Shown here: positions 7,893 to 12,947 of the stretch, in pieces
Position numbering within the stretch: position 1 is the stretch's first letter
Layout of the letters: each line of letters opens with the position of its first letter
Assembly: GCF_006345805.1 (NCBI RefSeq)
Contig: NW_021826402.1
Span: forward strand, 1-12,947
Length of the DNA: 12,947 nucleotides
DNA from: Octopus sinensis
Lineage: Eukaryota
Reading direction: 5' to 3'
Translations under genes and position numbers: made by a program
Notes under the pieces: model-generated
What the model was told of the DNA's origin: nothing
What the model saw: the letters and a program-made list of their open reading frames with translations, nothing else
The model's database searches: none

Positions 7893-8010
7893 CATTTTAC
7901 GAACGATTATATTAACAGATGTCTCGTTGCTTTTTCTACGACAGTAGGATGTTGTTTGAGTGAGGTTTTGACTGCTGTTACCAGCAGTTAGAGAGACCAT
8001 ATAGAGGTTT
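7893..8010 (-). CDS. Candidate internal exon of an extracellular protein (unverified)
   Basis: Long CT tract then CCTCAG acceptor. Open frame (E)NLYMVSLTAGNSSQNLTQTTSYCRRKSNETSVNIIVRK with three N-x-S/T sequons; possible donor AAT|GTAAAT. Confidence 0.3.
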
Positions 8011-8024
8011 TCTGAGGCTTTAGC

Positions 8025-8446
8025 CAAAGAAAAGAGGGAGAGAGGGAAGAGAGAAAAGTAGGTGATAGCGAGAAGGGGAGAGAGGAGAGAGAGAGAGAAT
8101 AAGAAAGAATGGAGAGAGAAAATAGAAGACAGAAATGAGAGAGAAACAAGGGAGGGGGAGAGCGAAGGAGAGAGAGAGTAGGAGAGAGGTTGATGGAGAG
8201 AGAGAAGGAGTGAGATAGTGAGAGAGAGAGGGAAAGAGGGGAAGAGAGGGAGAGGGTGAGAGAGAGAAGACGGAGAGAGGTTGATGGAGAAAGAGAAGGA
8301 GTGAGATAATGAGAGAGAGAGGGAGAGTGGGGAAGATAGGGAGAGGGTGAGAAAGAGAAGACGGAGAGAGAGATGAACTGAAGGACAGAGAGAGCGGGAG
8401 AGAAGGAGTGAGAAGGAGACAGAGACACAGAGAGGGAGAGAGGGAG
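8025..8446. repeat. Polypurine (GA)-rich tract with a ~91-bp higher-order unit
   Basis: GGTTGATGGAGA..GAAGGAGTGAGATA..GAGAAGACGGA at 8188 and 8279, partial third copy near 8370. Confidence 0.9.
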
Positions 8447-8637
8447 TGATCGTCTCTTGATGGAATTGACGGGCATCAATCACATTTCTACAAAATAATT
8501 AAATATTTGCTAATTGGACTTATTTTCCTAATTAATTGATACGATAGACTAAGATCTATAATTTGAGAATCGTCTTAGGCATTGAGCAGATTCATACGGC
8601 AAAGTGGAATGATAGTAATTTACTAATTCATTCTTAA

Positions 8638-9360
8638 ATACACACACACACCACACACACACACACACATACGTATACACACACATACACACACACATAC
8701 GTATATACACACATACACACAATTATACACGCATACGCATACACAAACACACACATATATTGACAAATTAGCTTTTATACGGACTTAAATGCACACTTTC
8801 ACACAGATATACAAACATATATAACATATATAACATATATAAACATATATATAACGTATAACATATATAAACATATATAACACGGGTACACATAGTCATA
8901 CACGAACGTACACGGACACATGTACACACACACACAAACGTACACATCCACAGATACACACATATGCACACACACGTATATTCATAGATACATACGCAGG
9001 TACAAGTGCACGCACATATATATATATACATTTATACACGCATACATGTGCACAAACACACGCACACACGCGCATACATATACAGTCAAATTTACTCTCA
9101 TACGAACTTCGATGCACACATACACGTACACATGTACGCATCTACGTATATATGTGCTTGTATAAGTACATGCATATACACACGGTTATACATGCACACA
9201 CACATACAAATACCCACGCATACATATGTAACACGCGTACACATACACAGACGCGAACATACCCGGACGCACACACGCGGACACATATGCACAGAGACAG
9301 ACTTACGCATCTACGGATACACAAACATATGTCCATTGAAGTACGCGCATATGTCCAAAC
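8638..9360. repeat. Degenerate (CA)/(TA)/(CG) alternating purine-pyrimidine low-complexity tract
   Basis: Read directly; accounts for all ORFs at 8768-9395. Confidence 0.92.
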
Positions 9361-9369
9361 ACATTAGTG

Positions 9370-9744
9370 AAGCACTCCGTCGGTTACGACGATGAGGGTT
9401 CCGGTTGATCCGAATCAACGGAACAGCCTGCTCGTGAAATTACGTGTAAGTGCTGAGCACTCCACAGACACGTGCACCCTTAACGTAGTTTCCGGGGGAT
9501 ATTCGCGTGACACAGGGAGTGACAAGCCGGCCCCTTGAAATACAGGTACAACAGAACAGGAAGTAGAGTGGAGAAAGTTGTGGTGGAAAGAGTACAGCAG
9601 AGGGATCATCACCATCCCCTGCCGGAGCCTCGTGGAGCCTTTAGCTGTTTTCGCTCAATAAACACTCACACGCCCGGTCTGGGAATCGAAACCGCGATCC
9701 TAACCGCGAGTCCACTGCCCTAACCACTGGGCCATTGCGCCTCC
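9370..9744 (-). mobile_element. Near full-length tRNA-derived SINE (family C, OR-like)
   Basis: Minus strand head GGAGGCGCAATGGCCCAGTGGTTAGGGCAGTGGACTCGCG..GGTTTCGATTCCC with good A and B boxes. 3' hairpin GTTCCGTTGATTCGGATCAACCGGAAC. Possible target-site duplication CAAACACAT (9356-9364 and 9748-9756, low complexity). Confidence 0.88.
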
Positions 9745-9759
9745 TCACAAACACATATA

Positions 9760-10039
9760 TAGGGTGCAGTGAATAAATTGTCGTCTAAATTACGCAAAAA
9801 TAAACAAAAAAACAGACATCTTATTTTAACAGATATATTTACCGAAATTACATAAAAATATTTTGAAATACTAAAGAGTAAATTTATTCAATAAAATCGC
9901 CGTTGGCTTAAACCACGGCCTCCAGATGACTTCGGAACCACCTGCAACTCTTCTGGGCGATCTCCTTGTTTAAGTTTTTGTATGCTGACATAATCCTTGC
10001 CTTCAGTTCATCTTTGGTATTACAAGGTGTTATGTTGGT
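9760..10039 (-). mobile_element. Tc1/mariner-superfamily DNA transposon 3' end: transposase C-terminal pseudogene plus terminal repeat
   Basis: 10039-9884 translates as TNITPCNTKDELKARIMSAYKNLNKEIAQKSCRWFRSHLEAVV*ANGDFIE*, the typical C-terminus of these transposases with one internal stop. End TA-TAGGGTG resembles TA-CAGGGTG. Confidence 0.88.
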
Positions 10040-10051
10040 TAGGAATTGAGA

Positions 10052-10135
10052 AGTACTACACTTTATCGACCCCGAAAGGATAAATTCCTAACCCTTTCCC
10101 CACAAAATATTGCTGGTCTAGTGCCCAAATTAGAA
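10052..10135. mobile_element. Two short SINE family A fragments in opposite orientation
   Basis: TTTATCGACCCCGAAAGGATAAA (minus-strand core) joined to CCCCACAAAATATTGCTGGTCTAGTGCCCAAATTAGAA (plus-strand tail). Confidence 0.55.
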
Positions 10136-10480
10136 TGTACTACTACGACGACACCAAATACTATTAATTACAAGAACCGTGGAAATTCCGCGCTTATTTT
10201 GAAAACTAGACGGTTATTAAATGTTTGTAGAGAGAACGATATAAGACATTTTTTTCTTTTGAAATTGTAAATATATTCTCTCAATCATTTTAATCTTGAA
10301 ACGATGTCGAGCTCCCTTAGGAAGTACAATAGATGCAGTGTTTGGAGAGAACATATATCTTTGTGAGAAACTTGCCACCTCTTCTGCCTTGAGAGTTTTA
10401 ATAGATATTATCTTTACAACAAGGTGTAAACCATTTCAACTATGGAACAAAATAACAGACATAATCACTAATATACTGGC

Positions 10481-10670
10481 TTGAAAATTTGGTACAAGGC
10501 CAGCAAGTTTCAGGGGAGAGGGTGTAAGTCGATTACATCGACCACCGCTCAAATGATACTTATTTTATCGACTCCAAAAGGAGGAAATGCAAAGTTGACC
10601 TCGGCAGGAATTGAACTCAGATCGTAAAGCGGACGAAATGCCGCCAAGCATAATTACCTAGCTCACTGAC
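10481..10670 (-). mobile_element. SINE family A copy
   Basis: Reverse complement of ATGCTTGGCGGCATTTCGTCC..CTGAGTTCAATTCC..GAGGTCAACTTTGC..GTCGATAAAATAAGTA..GGCCTTGTACCAAATTTTCAA. Confidence 0.85.
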
Positions 10671-10740
10671 TTATAACCAACTAATTTATTCTGCGACGGA
10701 ACGACTACAATCGTAAAGCAAGTTTTAATTTACTGAGCAA

Positions 10741-11152
10741 ATAACGCCGTATTCGGTGTTCTAACAAGGCATCCACGTTAAGTTGGATATAAAGATTACC
10801 TTTTAGTATTAACACTATTTCCGTCGCTATTCATTGATTTTTAATAAGCCTGCTGGATATTTGCGGCGTCAGTATCTGAAAAGATACGGATATTCTATAT
10901 ATCATAGCAGCGAGTTTTGACTAGCATGCGGTGACCGGACGCTTTCCACTGATGATTTCCAGTAGAATGAAATTACGTGATATGGGATTTCCGTTACCCA
11001 TGACAAAGGATTCTCGTCTGTCGTGATCTATGTATGAGCTTTTATGAGAGGATCGCTCAAGGATAATAACGCAGTATCCGGTGTTCTAACAAGACATCCG
11101 TATTAAGTTGAGTATAAAAATTGCCTTCTGGTATTTATATTGCTTCCATCAC
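10741..11152 (+). mobile_element. Retrozyme-like or Penelope terminal-repeat-like element: 325-bp-period direct repeat (about 1.27 units) with internal hammerhead
   Basis: 10741-10827 and 11066-11152 align ungapped, 68/87 identical. Hammerhead motif and long self-complementary helices lie between them. Confidence 0.65.
10944..10987 (+). ncRNA. Type I hammerhead ribozyme motif
   Basis: Stem I TTCCA (10944-48)/TGGGA (10983-87); CTGATGA (10949-55); stem II tTTC-CAGTA-GAAt; GAAA (10969-72); stem III ATTACGTGAT (near palindrome); AUA cleavage triplet ending at 10982. Stem I extends further outward. Confidence 0.75.
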
Positions 11153-11153
11153 A

Positions 11154-11365
11154 GGGCGGTGAGTTGGCAGAAACGTTAGCACGCTGGGCGAAATGCTTAG
11201 CGTCATTTCGGCTGTCATTACGTTCTGAGTTCAAATTCCACCGAGGTCGACTTTGCATTTCATCCTTTCGGGGTTGATAAATTAAATACCAGTAGCGTAC
11301 TGGGTCGATTTAATCGACTGGCCTCCTCCCCACAAATTTCGGGCCTTGTGCCAAGAGTAGAAAAA
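11154..11365 (+). mobile_element. Full-length SINE family A copy with 16-bp target-site duplication
   Basis: GGCGGTGAGTTGGCAGAAACGTTAGCACG..GGGCCTTGTGCCAAGAGTAGAAAA, flanked by ATATTGCTTCCATCAC at 11137-11152 and 11366-11381. Confidence 0.95.
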
Positions 11366-11406
11366 ATATTGCTTCCATCACTAATGCTTCCATACAATTG
11401 CTTCCA

Positions 11407-11660
11407 TCTACTACATATGTGGGAAATTCTATGTTGGGTGTGTTTGTGGCGTTGTTGGCTAACTTCTCCTACATCGTTTTATCGATTTTGATGAAATTTG
11501 ACACGTGAGTAGATCCCATGTCTGGAATCCTCAGATTATTGAAAAATATCAGTTATAAGGCCCCTGGAAGGGATCTTTATGTATCAAATACATTTCATTT
11601 TAACAGCCAAGGGAAATAAGTCATTGGCCCAGATCTTAACTGCCAAGGGAAATAACCATT
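11407..11660 (+). mobile_element. Possible Helitron-like non-autonomous element, 5' part
   Basis: A|TCTACTACATA start, GTGTGTTTGTG, CGATTTTGATGAAATTTGACAC motif, and internal 20-bp direct repeat TTAAC.GCCAAGGGAAATAA (11600, 11636). No hairpin-CTAG 3' end identified. Confidence 0.3.
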
Positions 11661-12347
11661 CATTTCCCTAAATCATTTGGTATAAATCAAATTGAGGATG
11701 CTTATTTCTTAGTATTTGAACTTTTAGAGTTATTTTCGCAGTTTATCCAGTACAATCTTTAAACCTGAAGAGGGTGGTGTTGGAGAGGTAAGGGCAAGTG
11801 CGACAGCGTGGGCGGGAGCAGGATTGGGAGGTGGGTTAAGGAAGAAGCTATCGATCGATCGATCGATCAAAACATGTATAGTAGACACACAATCATATCA
11901 AATTTACTTAATTCTTCCTAGATTTAAAAATTAGTGAACAGACATAATCGATTTTCAAATCTTAACAAGTTCACATCAAAGGTGGCTAGATCACATGACC
12001 AGTCCCTGATATTGTTTTGACAGCGGGAGGCTCAACGGAGACTCTTCCGTTTCATCAGTTCAGTCGACTTCTCGTCGGGCGACCAGCTGTGTGCGCATAA
12101 ACCATGAATTGCATTTTGCATATGGGTGTGAATGAGCGTACGTGCATTAACTTACAGACGCGTTACGAGATGTATTATAATCTCAATGGCTTTTAATGTC
12201 TACCACTGTTGGAATCTATGCTTTTTGTGTGGGCGAAGTAACCATTAAATATAAGTGAGATAAATAGTAAATAAGTTGAGCAACTGACTACTAAAAGTTT
12301 TGAGTTTCTATTATTACAGACATTAAAATATCTGGTGTCAGTTCGAT

Positions 12348-12461
12348 TGTGTGTGTGTGTGTGTGTGTATGATAGTCTGCATGTGCGTATTTCTGTATGA
12401 GAGCAAGGTCATTTCGTACGTCTATGTATGTGAATTAATTGAGTGGATGCATGCTTGTGTG

Positions 12462-12493
<32 letters not shown>

Positions 12494-12734
12494 TGCGTGT
12501 GTGTGTGTATACAATACTTATATATATACACATAATTTAATATATATATATTGTGTGTGTTTGTGTGTGTGTGCATGCGGTTTGTATACAATATTATAAT
12601 ATACACACAATAGTTATATATAGATATATACTATATATATATATTAATAATAACCACGATAGGGAATAAATCCAAACTTACAGGGAAAACTCAGATTTAA
12701 TATAATCTTATATATATATACTATACATCTATAT

Positions 12735-12776
<42 letters not shown>

Positions 12777-12810
12777 GTGTGTGTGTGTCTGAGTGTGTAT
12801 TTGTATGTAT
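12348..12810. repeat. Compound (GT)n/(GTGC)n/(TA)n microsatellite region with a short unique island at 12645-12706
   Basis: Read directly. Confidence 0.9.
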
Positions 12811-12947
12811 GTAATTCTTTTCGAATAATGGGCCTCGAAGCACTCATAAAGCTAATTAATAGTTTATTAAGATAGGGTTGAAAAACCCTTTTTGACCGAA
12901 AAACTCGACGGCTGCCCGTGTAACTCTGGAAACCACATCTCCTAAAG

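Noticed and set aside
7890-9395. Long Ser/Leu-rich and His/Thr- or Cys/Val-rich ORFs
   Set aside because: Arise from the GA tract and the CA-rich tract; only the 7893-8010 part is kept as a weak exon candidate.
9670-9744. Possible tRNA gene (also 4339-4418 and 7760-7837)
   Set aside because: A and B boxes are present, but there is no complete cloverleaf and the sequence runs into SINE body; these are SINE heads.
10872-10887. Hairpin as an intrinsic terminator
   Set aside because: No U-tract and eukaryotic context; treated as part of the retrozyme-like fold.
214-11365. Recurring GTCGAC/GGGGTCGAT motifs as a CRISPR-like array
   Set aside because: They are dispersed SINE cores with no regular repeat-spacer spacing, in eukaryotic DNA lacking cas genes.
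12811-12947. Unique sequence at the window end as a possible element terminus
   Set aside because: Truncated by the window edge; no diagnostic motif visible.

Overview
Eukaryotic, AT-rich, microsatellite-dense non-genic DNA. I recognise the SINE families from memory as octopus/coleoid-type; this was not confirmed by any search. No intact protein-coding gene is supported, and nearly all ORFs in the track are microsatellite or repeat translations. The window is a mosaic of: about 12 tRNA-derived SINE copies or fragments; a ~560-bp element sitting in a (TTA)n array; a decayed R4/Dong-like non-LTR retrotransposon fragment (7329-7720); a Tc1/mariner 3' end (9760-10039); two MITE-like elements; and a near-perfect 300-bp palindrome (2720-3019). 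The best candidate for a novel system is a 325-bp-period direct repeat at 10741-11152. Its centre holds a type I hammerhead ribozyme motif (10944-10987) with a palindromic stem III, inside a long self-complementary fold. This is the architecture of a metazoan non-LTR retrozyme (circular-RNA-producing element) or a Penelope-like terminal repeat. Three more degenerate hammerhead-like motifs lie in (TA)n-flanked short elements. A few stop-free frames are weak exon or pseudogene candidates.
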